In this document: positions 1 through 7,224 of the stretch, one piece after another
Layout: each line of letters starts with the position of its first letter
Numbering within the stretch: the stretch's first letter is position 1
Assembly (NCBI GenBank): GCA_027061945.1
Contig: JAMOVR010000210.1
Location: forward strand, 9,977-33,976
Source: Candidatus Heimdallarchaeota archaeon
GTDB taxonomy: Archaea > Asgardarchaeota > Heimdallarchaeia > Heimdallarchaeales > JAJRWK01
Length of the DNA stretch: 24,000 nt
Reading direction: 5' to 3'
Made by a program: the position numbers and the translations under genes
Notes under the pieces: model-generated
Told to the model about the DNA's origin: nothing
Database searches by the model: none
The model's input: only the letters and a program-made list of their open reading frames with translations

Positions 1-50
1 ATCCTCTCTAAGAAGCAGAAAGCCCCTTACCAAAGCAAAGTTTAGTTCAC
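1..50 (+). repeat. Truncated 3' end of a tnpB-tail/omega-RNA-like repeat element (copy F)
   Basis: AAGAAGCAGAAAGCCCCTTACCAAAGCAAAGTTTAGTTCAC parallels GATGAAGCAGGAAGCCCCCTGCTAAAGAAAGGGTTAGTTCAC on the minus strand at 5903-5945. The 5' part lies outside the window. Confidence 0.45.
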
Positions 51-61
51 GAAATTCAAAA

Positions 62-394
62 TTATTTTTGTAGGACAAAATAGTTCTCATTTTTCCAGCT
101 TTTTATAAAATTCATCAAAATTAGGGTTAATTTTGAGTGAGTATTTAATGCAAATATCCTTATTCTACCGTATTTTTTTTCTACTAAGATACCATATTTG
201 ACTAGGGATTGTAAATGTGTTAGTACAGTATTGTGGTTTAGGCGTGTACGATTTGTTATTTGAGTAACGCTCATTTCTTTATGTTTACATAGTAATTTTA
301 AGATTTTTATTCTACCTTTCGAAGAAAATACCTCTTCTAAAGGAACGTATTGAGAATTAATTTTTTCTTCTGTTTTTATAATTGAGCTTTCCAT
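62..394 (-). CDS. Small winged-helix/HTH transcriptional regulator (ArsR/MarR-like)
   Basis: 110-aa ORF; ILKLLCKHKEMSVTQITNRTRLNHNTVLTHLQSLVKYGILVEKKYGRIRIFAL is typical of a wHTH fold. Confidence 0.75.
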   Translation of the reverse strand: MESSIIKTEEKINSQYVPLEEVFSSKGRIKILKLLCKHKEMSVTQITNRTRLNHNTVLTHLQSLVKYGILVEKKYGRIRIFALNTHSKLTLILMNFIKSWKNENYFVLQK

Positions 395-412
395 TTTTAT
401 CCACCTTTAAAA

Positions 413-1630
413 TTATTTAGGGGTCGTTTGTATGAGCATTAGAAGCTCTTTTTCTAATTGGCGGGTAGAAACATCAGGAAGACTAATGAGCGTCGTTTTT
501 CCTCTTTGACCCTTTCCAGAAGGCTTAATTTGGATAAGGTCAAACATTGCCAGTTCTTTTAGATATTGCCATAATTGTGTGTGTTTTCTTGCTTCTAGAT
601 TAAACTCTTCACATGCCATTCGATATTCTTCTATAGCTTCGCTTGTTTTGATGTATGCCATTTTTGAATGCTTAAATCTACGGACAATACCTAATAAAAG
701 CATTAATTTATGTAGAGATAAGGAGTAAATTGTTTCTCTACGGACAACAGGATGAATTGAAGATTTTGCTTGACGTACATGATCAGGGAATACAAATGGA
801 CTTTGTTCTTCATCAGCGTATTTTCCAGCATACCATATTAGTTCTAATGCATGACGAGCATCACCTAATTCTGAAGCAATATCTGCTGCAAGCCAAATTG
901 CCTCGTCAGTGACTGCTCCTTCTTTGAATGATAATTCTACTCTCTGACGAATAATTTCAGCTAATTGAGACTGATTATATTTCCTTAGCCTAAGAATGCT
1001 ATGACCGAAAGAGCTAGCGGTGCTTTCGTCTAATCTTTTTAGAAAAGAAGAGCTTCTAGCAATCAATACTAACGAGACTTGTGAACTTGTATCCTGATTT
1101 TTATTTATATCATTCATTCTTGTCAAAGCATAAATAATCTCTGTTCCACTTTTCATAGCAATAAAGTCAAATTCATCAAGGACAAGGAAAATGCGGTAAT
1201 TATTGAGCTTTAGGAGATCATTTATAACACTAATTATCTCTTCAGTAGAATATCCTCTTGCTGGGACATGATGGCTTAGTTCTTGAGCTATTGATTGGAA
1301 TATAAGATAAGAGCTATTGTTCGTTCTACAATTAATATGAATGTATTTGACTGGTAATTGGCGTTTTTTAGCACTTTCAACTAGCATATTACCAAAACTT
1401 TTTGCTAAAGATGTTTTTCCAATACCGACCCCACCAACGATTAAGAGATTACTTGTTTTAGGAGATGTTTTATTTAACATTCCTAAAAAATGTCTTGCCA
1501 TAAATCTAAGTTCTACATCCCTGAATAGTAGTTTTGATGGTAAATAATCAATAGATAATTTACTTTCGTCTTTGAACACGGAAGGTCGTGATAATTCTTC
1601 TTCGAGGATGTTAAACCTATTCATATACAT
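413..1630 (-). CDS. cdc6: Orc1/Cdc6-type AAA+ replication initiator
   Basis: 405 aa; Walker A GGVGIGKTSLAK, Walker B FLVLDEFDFIA, sensor-2-like GDARHALELIWYAGKYAD, C-terminal winged-helix region. Confidence 0.85.
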   Translation of the reverse strand: MYMNRFNILEEELSRPSVFKDESKLSIDYLPSKLLFRDVELRFMARHFLGMLNKTSPKTSNLLIVGGVGIGKTSLAKSFGNMLVESAKKRQLPVKYIHINCRTNNSSYLIFQSIAQELSHHVPARGYSTEEIISVINDLLKLNNYRIFLVLDEFDFIAMKSGTEIIYALTRMNDINKNQDTSSQVSLVLIARSSSFLKRLDESTASSFGHSILRLRKYNQSQLAEIIRQRVELSFKEGAVTDEAIWLAADIASELGDARHALELIWYAGKYADEEQSPFVFPDHVRQAKSSIHPVVRRETIYSLSLHKLMLLLGIVRRFKHSKMAYIKTSEAIEEYRMACEEFNLEARKHTQLWQYLKELAMFDLIQIKPSGKGQRGKTTLISLPDVSTRQLEKELLMLIQTTPK

Positions 1631-1820
1631 GAAATAGTTACTATGTCCAGATTAATAAAAAAAGACGGGGTTAATTGAAAGTGAAAAAGTGAAATAGAAA
1701 AAAAATTAAGAAAGTAATTTGTGTGCAAAAACATAGAAAATTGAAACAGTAATAATAAAAGCAACAGTGACTTTAACCAAGAATTTAAAGATAGTTCTGT
1801 ATCAAAAAAAAATAGTGTGA

Positions 1821-2333
1821 GTGAAAATGAGTAGTTCAGAAAAAGTAGTTGTTCAATTATTAGTTGATGCTGGAAAAGCCACCCCGGCCGGTCCAATGGC
1901 TCAGCAAGTAGGGCCTACCGGTGCAAATTTAGGAAAAGTAGTTGCTGAGATTAATGCTAAAACTGCACAATTCAAAGGAATGAAAGTCCCTGTAAAAGTA
2001 ATCGTTGATAAAAAAACAAGAGAATTTGAAATTGAAGTTGGTCTTCCACCAGCAAGTTCTCTTATACTTAAAGAAGCCGGTGTTGAAAAAGGAAGTGGAG
2101 AAACAGGACATAAATGGGTTGGAGACATTACTTTCGAACAAGTCTTAAAAGTAGCTCAGATTAAGAGAGAGGACATGTTAGCCTCAACACTTAAAGCCGC
2201 TGCAAGCCAGATTCTAGGTACAATGGTATCAACTGGTGTGAAATGTGAAGGATTACATCCAAAAGATGCAACTAAGAAATTAGAAGCAGGAGAATATGAC
2301 GATATCATTGAAAAATTTGAAAAACAAAACTAA
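1821..2333 (+). CDS. rpl11: Ribosomal protein uL11 (start may be the Met at 1827)
   Basis: VVVQLLVDAGKATPAGPMAQQVGPTGANLGKVVAEINAKTAQFKGMKVPVKV is characteristic of archaeal L11. Confidence 0.96.
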   Translation: MKMSSSEKVVVQLLVDAGKATPAGPMAQQVGPTGANLGKVVAEINAKTAQFKGMKVPVKVIVDKKTREFEIEVGLPPASSLILKEAGVEKGSGETGHKWVGDITFEQVLKVAQIKREDMLASTLKAAASQILGTMVSTGVKCEGLHPKDATKKLEAGEYDDIIEKFEKQN

Positions 2334-2353
2334 AAAACATAAAACTAAAGATT

Positions 2354-2650
2354 TTATCTGGCTTTTTTACGATTGATATGCCCACAATTAGGGCAAGTTA
2401 AAACAAGAGATTTTCTCTTAATTCTAGGAGGGGTCTCAAATAAAGCACCACATTTATTACAAAAAACCATTTTTTTTAGTTTATTTGGTCTTATCTTTGT
2501 TTTTTTAGTAATTGATTTTATTTCTTGAAAAATAATTGAAGAAAATTCTTTTTCTTTGTTAGCTAAAATAAACAAATCATCATAAGTCGATAATATGACC
2601 TGTTTAGGAACAGAAACAAATTTTTTAAATTTTTTTACCAATCCCAACAC
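2354..2650 (-). CDS. Small basic protein with C-terminal zinc ribbon
   Basis: 98 aa; FCNKCGALFETPPRIKRKSLVLTCPNCGHINRKK (CxxC...CxxC). Confidence 0.7.
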   Translation of the reverse strand: MLGLVKKFKKFVSVPKQVILSTYDDLFILANKEKEFSSIIFQEIKSITKKTKIRPNKLKKMVFCNKCGALFETPPRIKRKSLVLTCPNCGHINRKKAR

Positions 2651-2663
2651 CTTTTAATTTCTT

Positions 2664-2747
2664 GTTAGCTATCCCCTCGCTTTCGCAAGTGGCATCATCT
2701 CTCATTCCTTACCTCCCCCGAAGATGAGGGATTTGCCGAGAGAGTTA
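2664..2747 (-). repeat. Short copy A of the tnpB-tail/omega-RNA-like repeat element
   Basis: Minus strand: TAACTCTCTCGGCAAATCCCTC...GCCACTTGCGAAAGCGAGGGGATAGCTAAC. Shares both ends with copies B, C and E and has a GAAA-loop hairpin. Confidence 0.5.
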
Positions 2748-3224
2748 AAGATTAAATATATTGTTATCACTACCTTTTTCAATCCTCCTTACAAAATCCC
2801 CATGTAATTCAATAGGGATAGCCATTCCTCCACCTAATAGTTCTACAGTTACTTTTTCACGGGACTGATCAATTCTAATTATTCTTGCTCTACTTCCTTT
2901 AAATGGCCCATCAATTACTTCAACTAAATCTCCTTCGTCTAGCCCTTCTATTGCCGGTTTCGGAATCAAAACATTTGAAAGCTCATCAATTGGGACTTCT
3001 TGTCCTCTAACTGCCCTTGTCCTAATGTGCCGAAGATTTTGAGTTGCTTTTTCAACGGTTAGTTGATCTGGGCCCTCGACAAAAATATAACCCCTAAGGC
3101 TGTCAGTAACCAAGATCGCAGATACCGGTAGGTTTCTTGACTTTACTCTATGTTCAACCATCTTAGCAACTGTTTTTTCCTGACTTACCGTTGTTTTTAA
3201 GGCATATATTGGCATTTTAATCAC
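2745..3224 (-). CDS. spt5: Transcription elongation factor Spt5 (NusG-like, NGN+KOW)
   Basis: 159 aa; MPIYALKTTVSQEKTVAKMVEHRV...GYIFVEGPDQLTVEKATQNLRHIR...EGDLVEVIDGPFKGSRARIIRID. Confidence 0.92.
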   Translation of the reverse strand: MIKMPIYALKTTVSQEKTVAKMVEHRVKSRNLPVSAILVTDSLRGYIFVEGPDQLTVEKATQNLRHIRTRAVRGQEVPIDELSNVLIPKPAIEGLDEGDLVEVIDGPFKGSRARIIRIDQSREKVTVELLGGGMAIPIELHGDFVRRIEKGSDNNIFNL

Positions 3225-3286
3225 ATCTAAAATGATGCTTATTTATCTAAGAGTAGATAGATAATGCAAACTTATAAGCTAATGCT

Positions 3287-3478
3287 TTACGAAAATGTCT
3301 GAACTATAAAGTTCATGATAGTATGAACTAAATAACCTATTAGCCCCATGGCTAAAATTCCAATTGCTGTTATTTGAGATGTAGTAATTATTTCTTTTCT
3401 GCTAGGTAATTTAGTTGATCTAAACAGTATTCTTTTACTTTGGGTGATATACCGGTCAATTGTTTTGATAACAGACAT
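3287..3478 (-). CDS. secE: Protein translocase subunit SecE/Sec61 gamma
   Basis: 63 aa; single C-terminal TM (AIGILAMGLIGYLVHTIMNFI) after KRILFRSTKLPSRKEIITTSQI, located immediately upstream of spt5. Confidence 0.85.
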   Translation of the reverse strand: MSVIKTIDRYITQSKRILFRSTKLPSRKEIITTSQITAIGILAMGLIGYLVHTIMNFIVQTFS

Positions 3479-3606
3479 TTTTCTTCAATAAAGTTTTTTC
3501 CAATAGGAATTTAAAAGAAATTTGCTTCTGAACTTTTCACTTTTTTTGAGTTAACGAAAATACTTTTTAAGTAGGAAAAAGCCAGAAAATATGGCGATAG
3601 AAAAAA

Positions 3607-5445
3607 ATGTGCGGGATAATTGGAATTGTTCAGCAGAATAAAAATAAGCAACTAGTAGAAAAATTATTCCAATCGCTAAAAAGACTTGAATATAGAGGCT
3701 ATGATTCTGTTGGTTTTGCTATAATTAATAATAATCGGGTTGAAGTTGGGAAGGATAAAGGAACAGTAGATGAAGTAATTAGCAAAATTAGTTTTGAAGA
3801 AATTGAAAGTAATATTGGGATCGGCCATTCAAGATGGGCCACACATGGGCCTCCAAGTAAAAATAATGCACATCCGCATACTGATTGTACCGGCAAAATT
3901 GCAGTGATTCATAATGGCATTATTAGTAATTTTTTACAATTAAGAAAAGAATTAACTGAAAAAGGTCATGTCTTTAAATCAGAAACTGATACAGAAGTAA
4001 TACCTCATTTATTAGAAGAAGAATTAAAAAAAGGAAAAACAATTAAAGAAGCTCTTTTTAATATTGGTAAGATCTTAGGAGGAGCCTATGCAGTAGTGGT
4101 TCTTTTTGCAGATGAACCAAATAGGCTGTATGCTATGAAAAAAGAAAATCCATTAATAATTGGTGTTGATGAAGAAGCGACTTATGCGGCATCGGATATC
4201 CCCGCATTTTTGCCATACACCCGAGAAGTTGTAACAATCAAAGATGATGAATTAGTAATATTATCACCTGGGAAATATGAGATTTATGATGTTAAGACTA
4301 AAAAAAAGATAGAAAGAAAACCACATACTATTACATGGACACCTGATGCTGCACAGAAGGGAGGATATCCTCACTTCATGTTGAAGGAGATACATGAAAG
4401 TGGAAATGCTCTAAGAACCCAATTAAAAGCAAATTCTTTGGAAAGCATGCAAAATGCAATAGAGCTAATAAATAATGCAAAAAAAATCTTTGTTGTTGCT
4501 GCTGGGAGTGCATATTATGCAGGACTTACAGCTTATTATTTGTTTACATCTAAATTGAAAAAGATAGTAATTCCAGTTATTGCATCAGAATATGAAAACG
4601 CTATCCCATTAATTGACAATAATTCATTAGTAATTGCAGTTAGCCAATCTGGAGAAACCATAGATACAATTAAAGCAGTAAAAGCCGCAAAAAAGAAAGG
4701 AGCAAAAATATTGTCTGTAGTAAATGTGGTAGGTAGTTCTATAACAAGAATTTCTGATGAAATAATTTATATTCACGCGGGACCAGAGATCGGAGTTGCT
4801 GCTACAAAAACGTTCTTAGCCCAAGCATATGCGATCTGGAGATTATATTATGCAATAAGCAAGAAGGATAGTAAAAAGTACAGTATTAGTGAAGAAGAAA
4901 TCGAAAAATTAGGGATGGCAATTGAAAGCATGCCAAATGAGATCGAGGCAATAATAACTAAATATGAAGCAAAAGCTAAAGAGGTTGCAAATAAAATTAA
5001 AAATAAAGCTAGTGCTTTTTATCTTGGCAGAGGTTTAAACGTAGTAACTGCATTAGAAGGCGCATTAAAATTAAAAGAAATTAGCTATATCCATGCAGAA
5101 GCATATCCGGCGGGAGAAAGCAAGCATGGACCGATAGCTCTGATTGAGGAAGACTATCCTGTAGTAGTAATTGCACCAAATGACAATACACGAGAAAAAA
5201 TAATTGGAAACATTATGGAGATGAAAGCAAGAGGAGCTACTATCATTGCAATTACAGAAGAAGGAGACGAGGAAATAAAGCAAATAACGAATTATACTTT
5301 TGAAATAAACAAACAATATTCCCATTATCTCCAAAATATTGCATATCAGATCCCATTGCATCTAATTGCATATTATACCGCAACATTAAAGGGTTATAAC
5401 CCTGATTATCCACGTAATTTAGCAAAAAGCGTAACAGTAGAATAA
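3607..5445 (+). CDS. glmS: Glutamine--fructose-6-phosphate aminotransferase (isomerizing)
   Basis: 612 aa; N-terminal catalytic Cys MCGIIGIV, GHSRWATHGPPS, two SIS domains, C-terminus NPDYPRNLAKSVTVE. Confidence 0.97.
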   Translation: MCGIIGIVQQNKNKQLVEKLFQSLKRLEYRGYDSVGFAIINNNRVEVGKDKGTVDEVISKISFEEIESNIGIGHSRWATHGPPSKNNAHPHTDCTGKIAVIHNGIISNFLQLRKELTEKGHVFKSETDTEVIPHLLEEELKKGKTIKEALFNIGKILGGAYAVVVLFADEPNRLYAMKKENPLIIGVDEEATYAASDIPAFLPYTREVVTIKDDELVILSPGKYEIYDVKTKKKIERKPHTITWTPDAAQKGGYPHFMLKEIHESGNALRTQLKANSLESMQNAIELINNAKKIFVVAAGSAYYAGLTAYYLFTSKLKKIVIPVIASEYENAIPLIDNNSLVIAVSQSGETIDTIKAVKAAKKKGAKILSVVNVVGSSITRISDEIIYIHAGPEIGVAATKTFLAQAYAIWRLYYAISKKDSKKYSISEEEIEKLGMAIESMPNEIEAIITKYEAKAKEVANKIKNKASAFYLGRGLNVVTALEGALKLKEISYIHAEAYPAGESKHGPIALIEEDYPVVVIAPNDNTREKIIGNIMEMKARGATIIAITEEGDEEIKQITNYTFEINKQYSHYLQNIAYQIPLHLIAYYTATLKGYNPDYPRNLAKSVTVE

Positions 5446-5464
5446 AATTTAGATAGATTATAGA

Positions 5465-5800
5465 CTAACATATTCCTACGACTGCAGTCGTGGGGTTCGG
5501 CGTATAGACATGCGTGTTTAGGTGTCATGCCATTTTGCGCCTGTACTCGCCGTGTCCCGACGAGGGAGTGTTGGTTAGTGACTCCAATCCTCTGTTCAGT
5601 ATGTTTATTGAAGCGTTTTGGTCTCTGTCTATTTCTAGTCCGCATACTGGGCTGAGCTGGGCTGGGCATTTGAGCACTCTATCGCCTAATTTCAATTTGC
5701 GGTTTGCGTGTCCGCATTTAGAGCATGTTTTGCTGGTGTTTTTAGGAGTTATTCTTATTGTTTCCCGTATAGCTCTTTCCATTCCAGCACGCCAGCACAC
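5465..5800 (-). mobile_element. Remnant of an IS200/IS605-family (IS1341-like) tnpB element with 3'-end hairpin
   Basis: Minus-strand ORF 5525..5800 encodes TPKNTSKTCSKCGHANRKLKLGDRVLKCPAQLSPVCGLEIDRDQNASINILNRG, the TnpB zinc ribbon plus RuvC-III region. It is followed by the perfect palindrome ACGACTGCAGTCGT at 5478-5491. Confidence 0.85.
5525..5800 (-). pseudogene. tnpB: TnpB C-terminal fragment (OrfB Zn ribbon)
   Basis: 91-aa ORF (GTG start) containing only the C-terminal Zn-ribbon domain. An in-frame TAG lies just upstream, and no RuvC-I/II or N-terminal domain was detected. Confidence 0.85.
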
Positions 5801-5902
5801 AGAAAAGCTCTCCTAAAGAAACTCTATGACACATTTATTTGGTTTTTATGATGGGCATTCCTCCTACCACTTCTATTGGTGGGCTTCATGCCCAAACTTA
5901 TA

Positions 5903-6143
5903 GTGAACTAACCCTTTCTTTAGCAGGGGGCTTCCTGCTTCATCAAAAAGACTTGCCCCAAAACCATTTCCATGCAAGATATTGACAGAATAAAATTTTA
6001 TGGGGCTTCTTTTCACAGGCACCACAAGATAGACTGCTCAAATCTGTATCAATATTATCATAAAAATACGATCTACCTTAATAACGGCTCTTATTCAATG
6101 TCCCATTTTCCAGAAGAAAAGGGATTTCTTGGTGACAAAGTTA
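5903..6143 (-). repeat. Copy E of the tnpB-tail/omega-RNA-like repeat element
   Basis: Minus strand: TAACTTTGTCACCAAGAAATCCCTTTTCTTCTGGAAA...AAGGTAGATCGTAT...GGGGCAAGTCTTTTTGATGAAGCAGGAAGCCCC...TAGTTCAC. Long identities with copy G at 14128-14181. Confidence 0.65.
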
Positions 6144-6232
6144 GATAAGTTAGAATTATCACTACAGGAAAGTCCCTATCCCGTAATAGGAACCTATTAT
6201 CGTTATTATATGAGTGAGTTAGTAACTAACTT

Positions 6233-6421
6233 TTACAATTCATCTTCAAACCATTTTTTTCCTCGTTGTTTTCTTGTCCGGTGTATCCGTCGAGTCTCTT
6301 TCCTAAAGGCCTTAGCCACTTTTTCTTCAATGTTGTCCCAATCCAGATCATCTTCAAAGCCATAATTCTTATTTTTCGAGAATTTCTTCGAATTAAATCT
6401 TTTAGTAGAATAGTTCTTCAT
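6233..6421 (-). CDS. Small highly charged protein of unknown function
   Basis: 62-aa ORF MKNYSTKRFNSKKFSKNKNYGFEDDLDWDNIEEKVAKAFRKETRRIHRTRKQRGKKWFEDEL, not antisense to a larger gene. Confidence 0.5.
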   Translation of the reverse strand: MKNYSTKRFNSKKFSKNKNYGFEDDLDWDNIEEKVAKAFRKETRRIHRTRKQRGKKWFEDEL

Positions 6422-6524
6422 CTGAATTCCTCAAGATAAAGTGGTTTAAACATAGATCAAATCAATTATATCAAAAAAATTTTTTAGCTTTTTCATATTA
6501 AATTAAAAACTTGATTTAAAAACA

Positions 6525-6833
6525 CTATTTCTTTTGGATAATTTTAAGTTCTTCAAGATATTTAAATGCGTTTTCTTTATTCATTAAAAAATATTGAACT
6601 TCTTTTTCAGATATCTTTTTTACATCAATAAATCTTAATCGTTGAAGGTTTTCAAGACATATTAATACTTGTTCAGGAGAAATACCAGATGCTAAGACAA
6701 TTTCTGGAAATGTTAACGTATCATGCATTAAAAATAAGATTAGGATGATTGACAATGAAAGACGCTCTTTTGGAATATTCTTGTAATTTATTTCATAATC
6801 CTGTTCTTCAATCATCTTATCATTCTTTATCAT
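6525..6833 (-). CDS. Putative winged-helix DNA-binding protein
   Basis: 102 aa; LSIILILFLMHDTLTFPEIVLASGISPEQVLICLENLQRLRFIDVKKISEKEVQYFL is consistent with wHTH. Confidence 0.6.
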   Translation of the reverse strand: MIKNDKMIEEQDYEINYKNIPKERLSLSIILILFLMHDTLTFPEIVLASGISPEQVLICLENLQRLRFIDVKKISEKEVQYFLMNKENAFKYLEELKIIQKK

Positions 6834-6974
6834 TTTTCATAAATCCTTAATAAACTAATGAAATTGTGTATCTTAATGAGTATTACATTAACTTTTTTTA
6901 ACTCAAAGCAAGCAGTTTTTATGAAAAAGCAAAATAAATCTATTAAGTCGCAACATCATTATCGATAAATATGG

Positions 6975-7176
6975 GTGAACGACCTATCGCTTTCACATGG
7001 GGCTTCTCCGACCGTGCTTTCATGATGTTGGGAGACTCCAGCACGGAACAATTTCACGGAGACCTCCTCCCAGGTGCATCCCCAACAAAAGCATGGATAT
7101 CAGAAGGGTATGTAATATTATTGGCTTTCATTCCCTGTTCTGCCTCGTGGAAGGGGATTTGTCGCCAATAGAGTTA
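6975..7176 (-). repeat. Copy B of the tnpB-tail/omega-RNA-like repeat element
   Basis: Minus strand: TAACTCTATTGGCGACAAATCCCCTTCC...CCGTGCT/AGCACGG 7-bp inverted repeat (7012-7018/7040-7046)...GAGAAGCCCCATGTGAAAGCGATAGGTCGTTCAC. Confidence 0.5.
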
Positions 7177-7224
7177 AAAAATAAGAAAAGGACAACATAT
7201 ATATAAACTAAATGGTGAAAAACA

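Noticed and set aside
730-912. ORFs antisense to cdc6 (730-912, 1341-1547)
   Set aside because: Fully overlap a confidently identified AAA+ gene; no recognisable domains.
1621-2141. Minus-strand ORFs 1621-1896, 1901-2128 and 1929-2141
   Set aside because: Antisense to the cdc6-rpl11 spacer and rpl11; low-complexity translations.
5514-5816. Plus-strand 100-aa ORF across the tnpB remnant, and minus-strand ORF 5406-5669
   Set aside because: They overlap the TnpB Zn-ribbon frame, whose conserved motifs identify the real coding frame. The alternatives are shadow frames or out-of-frame tail.
5881-5893. GGGC-TTCAT-GCCC mini-palindrome between copy E and the tnpB fragment
   Set aside because: Stem of only 4-5 bp; not distinguishable from chance without homologues.
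6129-6365. Plus-strand 78-aa ORF
   Set aside because: Antisense to the 62-aa minus ORF and starts in the end of repeat copy E.
6985-7050. SRP 7S RNA or RNase P RNA at copy B
   Set aside because: The hairpins looked like a stable RNA gene. Diagnostic motifs (SRP helix 8 GGAAGGGAGCAG-like, RNase P GAGGAAAGTCC-like) are absent, and the ends match the dispersed repeat family.
6971-7206. Plus-strand ORFs 6971-7171 and 6997-7206
   Set aside because: They lie entirely inside repeat copy B and its flank, with no protein-like features. Better explained as a structured or degenerate repeat.
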